Shown: positions 55,665 to 63,914, counted from the stretch's first letter. The stretch is DNA of 64,000 bases from an uncultured Bacilli bacterium (GCA_934148995.1 CAKPDM010000004.1:17814-81813), one strand, 5' to 3'. The notes: a model not told the origin generated them from the letters alone. Translations and numbers: made by a program.

Positions 55665-55733
55665 ATGACAAAAAACCAAACATTTGTCGTAATATTACTT
55701 TTATTTTTGGTAATATTTATTATTATTTTATAA
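55665..55733 (+). CDS. 22-aa hydrophobic peptide (type I toxin-like), cassette A
   Basis: RBS GAAGGGTGGTGA lies 6 nt upstream of the ATG. Translation MTKNQTFVVILLLFLVIFIIIL. Conserved in cassette B with only conservative changes. Confidence 0.5.
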   Translation: MTKNQTFVVILLLFLVIFIIIL

Positions 55734-55821
55734 AAATAGCACCTGATTTCAACTTTTGTTGAATTCGGGTGCTAACCACAAAAAATTGGGAAGCATCTGA
55801 TTACCACAATCAAATGTATCC
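55731..55821 (-). ncRNA. Candidate convergent antisense sRNA of cassette A (~90 nt)
   Basis: On the minus strand there is a perfect -10 TATAAT (+ coordinates 55833-55828). On the minus strand the hairpin at 55773-55738 is followed by ATTTTTAT, an intrinsic terminator ending at the peptide stop codon. Confidence 0.25.
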
Positions 55822-56063
55822 TTTTTTATTATATGAAGTTTCCTTCATTTAGATACATCTTATCACAGAAATAATTTAATAACAATGTATCATTTATAAA
55901 AAAATTGTGTAGAGAAAAAGTTTATACTTTTCTCGTATTATTATTTCACCTTGTTCTATTGTCATCTATTCATATATCTGTTACTATTAGTTCGGATACA
56001 TTTGAAATATCAGGTGCTTTCCCTTCTATAAAATTTAAATTAAATAGAAGGGTGGTGATATCT

Positions 56064-56132
56064 ATGACAAAAAACCAAACTTTTGTTGTAATATTACTTT
56101 TATTTTTGATAATATTTATTATATTATTATAA
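56064..56132 (+). CDS. 22-aa hydrophobic peptide (type I toxin-like), cassette B
   Basis: Same RBS. Translation MTKNQTFVVILLLFLIIFIILL. Confidence 0.5.
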   Translation: MTKNQTFVVILLLFLIIFIILL

Positions 56133-56217
56133 AATAGCACCTGATTTCAACTTTTGTTGAACTCGGGTGCTTGTCCCAAACTTGGAGAGCATCTGATTAC
56201 CACAATCAAATGTATCC
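56128..56217 (-). ncRNA. Candidate convergent antisense sRNA of cassette B
   Basis: Same elements as cassette A: ATTATA on the + strand at 56224-56229, and the hairpin at 56136-56171 followed by a T-run on the minus strand. Confidence 0.25.
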
Positions 56218-56376
56218 TTTTTTATTATATGAAGTTTCCTTCATCTAGATACATCTTATCACAGAAATTATTTAATAACAATGTATCATTTCTAAAAATA
56301 CTAATATAAGAAAAAAATTTACTTTTCTCGTATTATTTTAAAATGTAGTTTTTAATTTCCAAGTGCAAAATATAAG

Positions 56377-56405
56377 TTTCAAAGTGCAATTTTTGCACTT
56401 TGAAA
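56377..56405. other. Perfect 12-bp stem hairpin in the degenerate third cassette
   Basis: TTTCAAAGTGCA-atttt-TGCACTTTGAAA, T-rich on both sides. AAGTGCAA-like words recur nearby. Confidence 0.6.
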
Positions 56406-56732
56406 TTATTTATACTATAAATTAAATAGAAAAGTGCGAAAATCTTCACACTTCTCTAGTAATATTTATAATACTATTCAAATAAAAAAAGACACCTAAT
56501 CCAACTTTTGTTGAATTTGAGTGACAAACCAAATCTTGGAAAAACACCTGATTATGGTCTATCAAATTTAGATCTCTTTAGCAAAGTTTTCTTTGCTAAA
56601 TACATATTACAACAAAGAATAAGAAATAACAATATCCTTTTCTAAAAAACACTATTCAAAGATAAAATTCACATATTTCTCGTATTATTATAGAGTTTTT
56701 ATTATCTAATTAAAGCATTCTAAAAAAAATAA

Positions 56733-56741
56733 TGCTATAAT
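56733..56741 (+). promoter_or_regulatory. Extended -10 element upstream of the BceR-like regulator gene
   Basis: TGcTATAAT lies 18 nt upstream of ATG 56760. Confidence 0.4.
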
Positions 56742-56759
56742 TATGGCGGTGAAGAAAAA

Positions 56760-57425
56760 ATGAATAAAAAAATACTAATAGTAGAAGACGATATCGGTAT
56801 GCAGGAGGAATTAAAAGCTTTATTAGAAAACACTTCCTATGAAGTATCGGTATTAAAAGACTTTGCAAATGCTAAAGAAATAATTTTAAATTCCAATGTT
56901 GATTTAGTATTATTAGATGTGAATATTCCTTATCTAAATGGAGAATTACTATTAAAAGAACTAAGAAAAGAAAGTAATATACCCGTTATAATTCTTACTA
57001 GTCGTGCTAGTGAATTAGATGAAGCTTTATCAATTTCTTATGGTGCTGATGATTTTATTACCAAACCTTATAATCCAACTATATTATTACTTCGTATTCA
57101 AAACGTCTTTAAACGCTTAAACCAAATAAAAGATAAAATTAAATATCGTGACTTAATAGTTTATCAAAATAAAGGAACATTAGTAAAAAATCAAGAGACG
57201 ATAGAACTTACTAAAAATGAAATGATAATATTTTTATATCTTTTAACCAATCAAAATAGAATAGTAAGTCGTGATGAGTTGATGAGTGAATTATGGAATA
57301 ACGAAGAATATATAAATGATAATGCTTTAACGGTAAACATCAGCAGATTAAGAAGTAAATTAGCAAGCTTTGGTTATAGTGAAGCGATTGAAACTAGAAA
57401 AGGACAAGGGTATATCTTATTATGA
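56760..57425 (+). CDS. OmpR-family response regulator (BceR-like)
   Basis: KILIVEDD, DLVLLDVNIPYLNG and TSRA receiver motifs. Winged helix ETRKGQGYIL. Sits in an RS-AB four-gene module. Confidence 0.85.
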   Translation: MNKKILIVEDDIGMQEELKALLENTSYEVSVLKDFANAKEIILNSNVDLVLLDVNIPYLNGELLLKELRKESNIPVIILTSRASELDEALSISYGADDFITKPYNPTILLLRIQNVFKRLNQIKDKIKYRDLIVYQNKGTLVKNQETIELTKNEMIIFLYLLTNQNRIVSRDELMSELWNNEEYINDNALTVNISRLRSKLASFGYSEAIETRKGQGYILL

Positions 57426-58453
57426 GACTTAAAAACTATTTAAAAGATAAAATACTTTCTATAATTATCTATTTTTTAGCTACAATATTAATAATTAGTA
57501 TCTTATTAGCATTTAAAATGTCTATCTACTTAGTATTAATAATTTCTACTATTCTTTTAGTAACTGGTATTAGTATTCTTCTCTTAGAGTATTTTCGAAA
57601 GAGAAACTTTTATCAAAACTTAATAACTAATCTTGAAGCTTTAGATAAAAAATACTTAGTTTTAGAAACTGTAACTACTCCTAATTTTTATGAAGGAAAA
57701 CTACTAAGTAAAATATTATATGATATAGATAAATCTATGATTGAAGAAATTAATAGATATAAAGCAAACTTAGAAGACTTTAAAGACTATATCGAAATGT
57801 GGATTCATGAAGTGAAAATGCCTCTAGCTACTCTTATTCTAATGACTCATAATAATAAAGACTTAGATAGAAAATACCTTTATCAATTAAAAAGATTAGA
57901 TAACTATCTAGACCAAGTATTATATTATGTACGTAGTAACTATTTAGAAGAAGACTTTACCTTTCAAGATGTTAGTTTAGATAAGGTAATTACAGCGATA
58001 GCTTTAAAAAATAAAGATGATTTATTAGAAAATAATATAGATTTTATCGTTGATACAAAAGGAATGAAAGTTACTACTGATTATAAATGGTTGGAATTTA
58101 TCTTGAATCAAATAATCAATAATAGTATTAAATATGCTAGTAAAACTAAAAATAGCTATATCAAAATAACAGCACATCAGTTAGATGATAAAGTTAGACT
58201 TAGTATTTTAGATAATGGTAAAGGAATTAGTAAAAGTGATTTACCCAAGGTCTTTAATAAGTCATTTACTGGTGATAATGGAATTTATAATACAAAATCA
58301 ACTGGAATGGGGTTATATATTGCTAAGAAATTATGTGATAAACTAGGTCATAAAATAGAAATTACCTCTTTAGCAAGTGAATATACCTTAGTAACTTTAA
58401 CCTTTGGTGTAAATAACTATTATAAAATACAAACTAATATTACAAAATTGTAA
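57422..58453 (+). CDS. Intramembrane-sensing histidine kinase (BceS-like)
   Basis: Two closely spaced TM helices with almost no extracellular loop. H-box WIHEVKMPLATL. N-box QIINNSIKYA. G-boxes DNGKGI and GMGLYIAKK. Confidence 0.8.
   Translation: MRLKNYLKDKILSIIIYFLATILIISILLAFKMSIYLVLIISTILLVTGISILLLEYFRKRNFYQNLITNLEALDKKYLVLETVTTPNFYEGKLLSKILYDIDKSMIEEINRYKANLEDFKDYIEMWIHEVKMPLATLILMTHNNKDLDRKYLYQLKRLDNYLDQVLYYVRSNYLEEDFTFQDVSLDKVITAIALKNKDDLLENNIDFIVDTKGMKVTTDYKWLEFILNQIINNSIKYASKTKNSYIKITAHQLDDKVRLSILDNGKGISKSDLPKVFNKSFTGDNGIYNTKSTGMGLYIAKKLCDKLGHKIEITSLASEYTLVTLTFGVNNYYKIQTNITKL
58438..58453 (+). promoter_or_regulatory. Inverted repeat ATTACAA-N2-TTGTAAT upstream of the BceA-like gene (candidate BceR-type box)
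   Basis: attacaaaattgtaat overlaps the kinase stop codon. A third TGTAAT half-site follows 4 nt later. About 70 nt upstream of ATG 58523. Confidence 0.4.
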
Positions 58454-58522
58454 TGAACTGTAATATTAAACAAACGACAAAGTAATTACTCTTCATCTAA
58501 AATGGTAACAGAGGTGAGAAAA

Positions 58523-59290
58523 ATGAATGATTTATTAAGAATCGATAATATTGAAAAGTATTATGGAACAAAATCAAGTTTAACAAAAGCTCTTGATGGT
58601 TTATCATTTTCAGTAGCAAAAAAAGAATTTGTTGCTATTATGGGAGCGAGTGGAAGTGGAAAGACAACGTTATTAAACTGTATTTCTACTATTGATAAAG
58701 TAACTTCTGGGCATATCTTTTTAGGAGATACCGATATTACTAAATTAAAAGGTGAAGATTTAAATAGTTTTAGAAGAGAAGAGTTAGGTTTTATCTTTCA
58801 AGACTTTAATCTTCTTGATACTTTGACGGGGTATGAAAATATTGCTTTAGCATTATCTATTCAAAATGTTCCTTTCTTAAGTATTGATAGTAGAATTAAG
58901 AAAGTAGCAAAAGAATTAGATATTACTAATATCTTAAATAAATACCCTTATGAGATGAGTGGTGGTCAAAAGCAAAGAATAGCAGCAGCTAGAGCAATAA
59001 TTACTAATCCTAAACTAGTTTTAGCAGATGAACCGACTGGTGCTCTTGACTCTAAAGCTAGTAAAATGTTACTAGAAAAGTTTAATTATTTAAATAATGA
59101 ATTAGATGCTACGATACTAATGGTTACACATGATGCTTTTACAGCTAGTTATGCTAAAAGAGTAATTTTTATTAAAGATGGTAAAATATTTAATGAATTG
59201 CATAAAGGTGATTTATCACGAAAAGAATTCTTTGATAAGATAATCAATGTTGTTACTGTCTTAGGAGGAGACTTGAACGATGCTTTGTAA
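58523..59290 (+). CDS. ABC transporter ATP-binding protein (BceA-like)
   Basis: Walker A GASGSGKTT, signature MSGGQKQR, Walker B VLADEPTG. ATG 58523 with RBS GAGGTGAG. Confidence 0.85.
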   Translation: MNDLLRIDNIEKYYGTKSSLTKALDGLSFSVAKKEFVAIMGASGSGKTTLLNCISTIDKVTSGHIFLGDTDITKLKGEDLNSFRREELGFIFQDFNLLDTLTGYENIALALSIQNVPFLSIDSRIKKVAKELDITNILNKYPYEMSGGQKQRIAAARAIITNPKLVLADEPTGALDSKASKMLLEKFNYLNNELDATILMVTHDAFTASYAKRVIFIKDGKIFNELHKGDLSRKEFFDKIINVVTVLGGDLNDAL

Positions 59291-61322
59291 ACTATCTTTT
59301 AAAAACATCAAGAAAAGTCTTAAAGACTATGCAATTTATTTCTTTACTTTAGTCTTAGGAATTAGTATCTTCTATCTTTTTAATTCTATTGATAGTCAAA
59401 CAGCAATGATGAATTTATCAGAATCTACTTCTTCTATCATTGAATTAATGACTAGAATGATGTCAGTAGTAAGTGTTTTTGTCTCCTTTATCTTAGGTTT
59501 TTTAGTAATATATGCTTCAAGATTTTTAATTAAAAGAAGAACTAAAGAATTTGCTATTTATCTGACGTTAGGAATGAGTAAGAGAAAAATATCACTAATC
59601 TTATTCTTTGAAACATTAATAATAGGTTTTTTTTCCTTAGGAGTAGGTTTGTTATTTGGTGTTATTTTATCACAACTGATGAGTGTTTTAGTAGCTAGTA
59701 TGTTTGAAGTTGATTTAACTAGTTTTAAGTTTGTTTTTTCAAGTAGTGCTTTTATAAAAACAATTATCTATTTTGGAATAATTTATTTAATTGTGATGTT
59801 ATTTAACACTATCATTATTAATAAATGTAAATTAATAGATTTAATTAATTCTAATGTAAAAAAAGAAAAACTTAAACTAAAAAGTCCCGTTTTATCTTTC
59901 TTATTATTTATAGTAGCAGTGATTATTCTTGGTTATGCTTATTACTTAGTTATCACTATTTTTGATAGGAATTTAAATGATTTAAATATCTTTCTCCCAA
60001 TTATTCTTGGAATAGTTGGTACCTTCTTAGTGTTCTTTTCTCTATCGGGTTTTCTTTTAAAAATATTAAATAAAAAGAAAAAGTTATATTATAAGGAATT
60101 AAATAGTTTTGTTATTAGAGGAATAAGTAGTAAAGTAAATACAACTGTTGTTTCTGTAACGGTTATTTGTTTAATGTTATTTTCAACTATCTGTATTTTA
60201 GCTAGTGCTTTATCGATTAGAAATTCCTTAAATAACTCTTTAATAAAGTATGCACCTTATGATATTGAAGTAAGTAAAACTTATAATGCACCGAAAGAGT
60301 TATATGGTTATACAGAAGAGCAGGCGAAAGATTCTTTTCTTACCATTAATGAGTCTTTTGATAATACTAATTTTAATTATAAAAAATACTTTACTGATGT
60401 AATTGATTTTACAATATATAGTGATGATAGTATAACTTTACAAAGTTCTCTAGGTAGTTACTATAAGATAGCTAAGAAAAAATATCCTTACTTAGAATAT
60501 GCTTCTAATGTCGAATTGATGAAAGTAAGCGATTATAACAAAATAGCTAAAGCTTTTAAACTAGATAGTTTAGCTCTTGATGATAATCATTATGCTTTGG
60601 TTGCTAATTATGAATCAATGAAAAATCTTAAAGAAGAAGCTTTAAAAAGAAGAGCAGTAATTACTATAAATAACAATGATTATTATCCTAAATATAGTTA
60701 TGCAATTGATGGATTTTACGAAATGGCTAGTAATGTTACTAATCTTGGTTTCCTAGTTTTACCAGATGAAGCTTTAGATAATGCTAGTCTTTATAAATAC
60801 TTTAAATTAGCAAATTATAAAGAAGATAAAGAAAAAACAGAAAAAATGATAAATAATCTTATGAAGACTGATTCTTTTTCTAATACTATTTTAAGTTTTA
60901 ATACTAAAGAAGATATTTATGCTTCTAGTATTGGTATTGGGGCATTGGTAACTTTTATTGGTCTTTATCTAGGAATTATTTTCTTAATATCTTGTGCTGC
61001 CATACTTGCTTTAAAAGAGTTATCAGAATCAAGTGATAATAAAATGCGCTATAACATTTTGCGTAAAATAGGTGCTAGTGAAGAGATGGTAAATAAAGCT
61101 TTATTTAAACAAATAGGTATTTTCTTCTTATTACCATTATCTTTAGCTGTTATTCATTCGGCCTTTGGTATTATGTTTTGCAATAAAATTCTTGTTTTAG
61201 TAGGGGCCAATGTTAAGATATTTTCTATTATCATAACGGCATTATTTATTGTTTTAATCTATGGAAGTTATTTCTTACTAACATATTATTGTAGTAAAAA
61301 TATTATTAAAGATAAAAACTAA
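59280..61322 (+). CDS. BceB-like FtsX-domain permease (10 TM, large extracellular loop)
   Basis: 680 aa. FtsX blocks near FAIYLTLGMSKRKI and YNILRKIGASEEMV. ~200-aa hydrophilic loop between TM7 and TM8. Confidence 0.8.
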   Translation: MLCKLSFKNIKKSLKDYAIYFFTLVLGISIFYLFNSIDSQTAMMNLSESTSSIIELMTRMMSVVSVFVSFILGFLVIYASRFLIKRRTKEFAIYLTLGMSKRKISLILFFETLIIGFFSLGVGLLFGVILSQLMSVLVASMFEVDLTSFKFVFSSSAFIKTIIYFGIIYLIVMLFNTIIINKCKLIDLINSNVKKEKLKLKSPVLSFLLFIVAVIILGYAYYLVITIFDRNLNDLNIFLPIILGIVGTFLVFFSLSGFLLKILNKKKKLYYKELNSFVIRGISSKVNTTVVSVTVICLMLFSTICILASALSIRNSLNNSLIKYAPYDIEVSKTYNAPKELYGYTEEQAKDSFLTINESFDNTNFNYKKYFTDVIDFTIYSDDSITLQSSLGSYYKIAKKKYPYLEYASNVELMKVSDYNKIAKAFKLDSLALDDNHYALVANYESMKNLKEEALKRRAVITINNNDYYPKYSYAIDGFYEMASNVTNLGFLVLPDEALDNASLYKYFKLANYKEDKEKTEKMINNLMKTDSFSNTILSFNTKEDIYASSIGIGALVTFIGLYLGIIFLISCAAILALKELSESSDNKMRYNILRKIGASEEMVNKALFKQIGIFFLLPLSLAVIHSAFGIMFCNKILVLVGANVKIFSIIITALFIVLIYGSYFLLTYYCSKNIIKDKN

Positions 61323-61340
61323 TTTATTACTAAAAAAAAT

Positions 61341-61369
61341 AGTCCTATCTATATCAAGTAGATAGGATT
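61341..61369. terminator. Bidirectional rho-independent terminator
   Basis: AGTCCTATCTA-tatcaag-TAGATAGGATT (11 bp, one G-U pair), with an A8 run before it and a T-rich run after it. Confidence 0.65.
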
Positions 61370-61427
61370 ATTTGATTTTAACTTTTTGATTAAGCATCAT
61401 ACTATTATCATATTCTTTACCAAGTAT

Positions 61428-61490
61428 TAAACTACTGATAAAGAAAAGAACTAAACCTAAAATGAAAATTAGTAAAAGTAATTCTAACAT
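61428..61490 (-). CDS. Candidate 20-aa hydrophobic peptide
   Basis: The minus strand reads GACAGGAGGTTTAAATG, then MLELLLLIFILGLVLFLSVV*. Strong SD with short 5-nt spacing. A terminator lies ~60 nt downstream. No convincing promoter found. Confidence 0.3.
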
Positions 61491-61700
61491 TTAAACCTCC
61501 TGTCATAATTATTATATACAGCGTGTTATCTTTTTATTCTTACTATCATTATAAAATTCTTGATTTACGAAATTTGTCAAAAGATGTCGATAAAATATGT
61601 TTTTTCTAAATCTTTCATTTTGGAATAAACAAAATCTACGATATACTAAAGTAGAATAGAACGAAAAGAATAGAAACTATTAAATATACTTAAATTTTAA

Positions 61701-61730
61701 TTGACAAGATGGTAGTATTAAGTATATTAT
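61701..61730 (+). promoter_or_regulatory. Sigma-A-type promoter of the capsule/EPS locus
   Basis: TTGACA (61701-61706), 18-nt spacer, TATTAT (61725-61730), followed by RBS GGGAGGGG and ATG 61757. Confidence 0.5.
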
Positions 61731-61756
61731 ATATAGCGACTGGGAGGGGTAATAAT

Positions 61757-62428
61757 ATGGAAGAAATCAATCTTATGGAGTTTTTTGACTATTATTTAGC
61801 AAGAGTTGTTTATGTTCTAGCAACTATTTTTGCATTTGTACTTTTAGGCAGTATTTACAGTTTAGTTATAAAAACACCATTATATCAGAGTAGTACAACT
61901 GTTGTTTTAGCAAGAGAAAGTGACGATACACAAAAATATACGCAAAGTGATGTTTTATTAAACCAAAACTTAGTTCCAACTTATAGTAACATCATTAAAA
62001 GTCGTAGTGTATTAAGACAAGTCATCAACAATGAAAAACTAGATTATACAACTGATGAATTATCTAGTTTAATAACTGTTTCAAGCGTTGAAAATACAGA
62101 AATAATTAAAGTAACAGTTAAAAACAAAGATAGGGAACTAGCTAAGAAAATAGCTAATGGTATTGTGCCAGTTTTCTCTAACAAAGTAAAAGGTTTCTAT
62201 AACATTGATAATGTAAGTGTACTGGATACAGCAGAACTAGCAAGTAAACCTTGTAATATTAACTATTCAAAAGATCTTGTTATTTATACAATGTTAGGAT
62301 TTGTACTATCTAGTGGTGTTATCTTTGTAATTTATTACTTTGATACAACTATCAAGAGTACATCTGATATTGAAGATAAGTTAAAATTAACTGTTTTAGG
62401 AACAGTACCAAAAGCGAATAGGGGGTAA
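61757..62428 (+). CDS. Wzz/CpsC/YwqC-like chain-length determinant (BY-kinase transmembrane modulator)
   Basis: Two TM helices flank a ~150-aa extracellular domain. Lies directly upstream of the BY-kinase gene. The track start at 61709 lies inside the promoter, so ATG 61757 was used. Confidence 0.75.
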   Translation: MEEINLMEFFDYYLARVVYVLATIFAFVLLGSIYSLVIKTPLYQSSTTVVLARESDDTQKYTQSDVLLNQNLVPTYSNIIKSRSVLRQVINNEKLDYTTDELSSLITVSSVENTEIIKVTVKNKDRELAKKIANGIVPVFSNKVKGFYNIDNVSVLDTAELASKPCNINYSKDLVIYTMLGFVLSSGVIFVIYYFDTTIKSTSDIEDKLKLTVLGTVPKANRG

Positions 62429-62433
62429 GTAAA

Positions 62434-63204
62434 GTGATATTTAAAAAGAAAGAATCTTTAAAACCAAAACAAGCTGATTTATTATTAAATTTAAATAAAA
62501 AGACTAGTTTTACAGAATCAATTAAAAGTATTAGAACCAATTTAGCTTTTTCGGAAGTAGATAAGAAAATGCAAGTAATATTAGTAACTTCTGCGCAACC
62601 AGGAGATGGAAAGAGTTTTATTTCTGCTAACTTAGCTCTTGCTTATAAAGATGAAGATAAGAAAGTATTATTAATTGATGCTGACTTAAGATGTGGTAGA
62701 CAAAATCAAATATTTAGAATTGTTAACTCTGCTAATAAAGGTTATTCTAACTTGATTTTAAATTATCAAGAAGCTAGTTCTAGTAAAAGCAAAAAATCAG
62801 TTGATAAAGCAGTAGATTTTGATATTAAAGATTACATAGTAAAAACAAAACAAGGAATAGATTTAATTCCTAATGGACCAACACCACCTAATCCAATTGA
62901 ACTATTAGCAAGTAATAATAATGAAAAGGTAATAGCACAATTAAAGAAAATGTATGACATTATTATTATTGATTGTACACCAGTTCTTGGAATAAGTGAT
63001 GCTATTGTTATGACAAAATATAGTGATGCAAACATCTTAGTAGTTTCTAATAAGAAGACAAAATTAGAATTAGTATCAAGAGTTGAAAAGATATTTAGCC
63101 AATCACATGCTAGCTTAACAGGAGTAGTAATTAACAAAGTTGATGTTAGTGAAGGTGGATATTACGGATATTATTCTAATAGTTATTATGGAGAATCTGA
63201 ATAG
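62434..63204 (+). CDS. Protein-tyrosine kinase (BY-kinase, CpsD/YwqD type)
   Basis: Walker A SAQPGDGKSF, Walker A' LLIDADLR, Walker B IIIIDCTP, and a C-terminal Tyr cluster GGYYGYYSNSYYGE. GTG start. Confidence 0.85.
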   Translation: MIFKKKESLKPKQADLLLNLNKKTSFTESIKSIRTNLAFSEVDKKMQVILVTSAQPGDGKSFISANLALAYKDEDKKVLLIDADLRCGRQNQIFRIVNSANKGYSNLILNYQEASSSKSKKSVDKAVDFDIKDYIVKTKQGIDLIPNGPTPPNPIELLASNNNEKVIAQLKKMYDIIIIDCTPVLGISDAIVMTKYSDANILVVSNKKTKLELVSRVEKIFSQSHASLTGVVINKVDVSEGGYYGYYSNSYYGESE

Positions 63205-63914
63205 TGAAAGATTTACATAATCATATTTTACCAGGTTTAGATGATGGGTGTAAAAGCGAAGAAGAAAGCTTGAAAATGTTAAATGACTTGATTAATAGTG
63301 GCATTAATGAAGTCGTTTTTACACCACATTATGTTTCTGGTACTAAATATACGGCGAATAATAAAGAAAAGAAAGAGGCTTTTCTTAAACTAAAAAAAGT
63401 CATTGAAAAGAATAAGTTACCGATTAAAGTTTACTTAGGTAATGAGATTTTATTCTGTGATAATATTTTAGAGTTACTTGCTAAGGGGGAAATATTATCT
63501 ATTAATAATTCTAAGAATTTACTTATTGAATTTCCAATGATGAATTTGCCGCATAATGCTAAAAATGTCTTTGATGAATTAATAAGTGCTGGTTATAATG
63601 TGATACTAGCACATCCTGAAAGGTATTATTTCGTAAGAGAAAACATTAACATATTAAATGAATTTGTAAGTATGGGAGTGCACTTACAAGGAAATTATAC
63701 GAGCCTATTTGGAAAGTATGGTAGGACAAGTAAAAAAATTCTTAAAAAGCTTTTAAAAAGAGGAATGATTGATATACTTGCTAGTGATACGCATCATGAA
63801 GTGATTGGAAATGAAGTAGCACTAAGAAGAAAGTTAAAATGGTATTTAAAAGAGGAAGAAATCAATCGACTTCTTTTTGAAAACTTTGATTTGATTGTTA
63901 ATAATAAAAAATAA
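63204..63914 (+). CDS. PHP-family protein-tyrosine phosphatase (CpsB/YwqE type)
   Basis: DLHNHILPGLDDG, FTPHY, AHPERY and ASDTHH metal-binding motifs. Confidence 0.85.
   Translation: MKDLHNHILPGLDDGCKSEEESLKMLNDLINSGINEVVFTPHYVSGTKYTANNKEKKEAFLKLKKVIEKNKLPIKVYLGNEILFCDNILELLAKGEILSINNSKNLLIEFPMMNLPHNAKNVFDELISAGYNVILAHPERYYFVRENINILNEFVSMGVHLQGNYTSLFGKYGRTSKKILKKLLKRGMIDILASDTHHEVIGNEVALRRKLKWYLKEEEINRLLFENFDLIVNNKK

Larger units (their letters stand above)
55517..56700. repeat. Tandem array of ~400-bp cassettes: two near-identical copies and a third degenerate copy
   Basis: 55517-55900 and 55919-56300 align base for base with few substitutions. 56310-56700 keeps the cassette ends (ACTTTTCTCGTATTATT; GACACCTAATCCAACTTTTGTTGAATTTGAGTG), but its ORF and RBS are decayed. 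Confidence 0.85.

Noticed and set aside
55548-56132. The 61-aa and 75-aa ORFs from the track, as the real products of the repeat cassettes
   Set aside because: They begin at non-ATG or poorly placed codons without an RBS, and they run through the structured leader. The internal ATG preceded by GAAGGGTGGTGA gives a 22-aa peptide that is the conserved part. The N-terminal extensions differ between the copies.
55517-56700. CRISPR array
   Set aside because: The repeat unit is ~400 bp, with no short repeat/spacer periodicity. No cas genes are present in the window.
61368-61490. A 40-aa minus-strand small membrane protein extending to the terminator
   Set aside because: Careful block-wise reverse-complement translation shows an in-frame TAA after 20 codons (stop at 61430-61428). 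The longer reading was my own frame error.
3783-63137. Many 60-140-aa minus-strand ORFs in the track lie wholly inside long plus-strand genes. Examples: 3783-3980, 5180-5398, 8092-8361, 9761-9955, 14280-14561, 14964-15268, 17072-17368, 20365-20979, 21788-22087, 22403-22636, 22954-23223, 23846-24052, 25047-25606, 27884-28171, 31546-31767, 32795-33040, 34118-34312, 36738-37142, 38175-38411, 40550-41003, 43140-43507, 48177-48383, 54506-54697, 62352-62540 and 62832-63137. The plus-strand ORF 49366-49653 lies inside a minus-strand gene.
   Set aside because: These are shadow ORFs antisense to well-supported genes. They have no RBS, their composition is low-complexity and reflects the opposite strand's codons, and they have no motifs.
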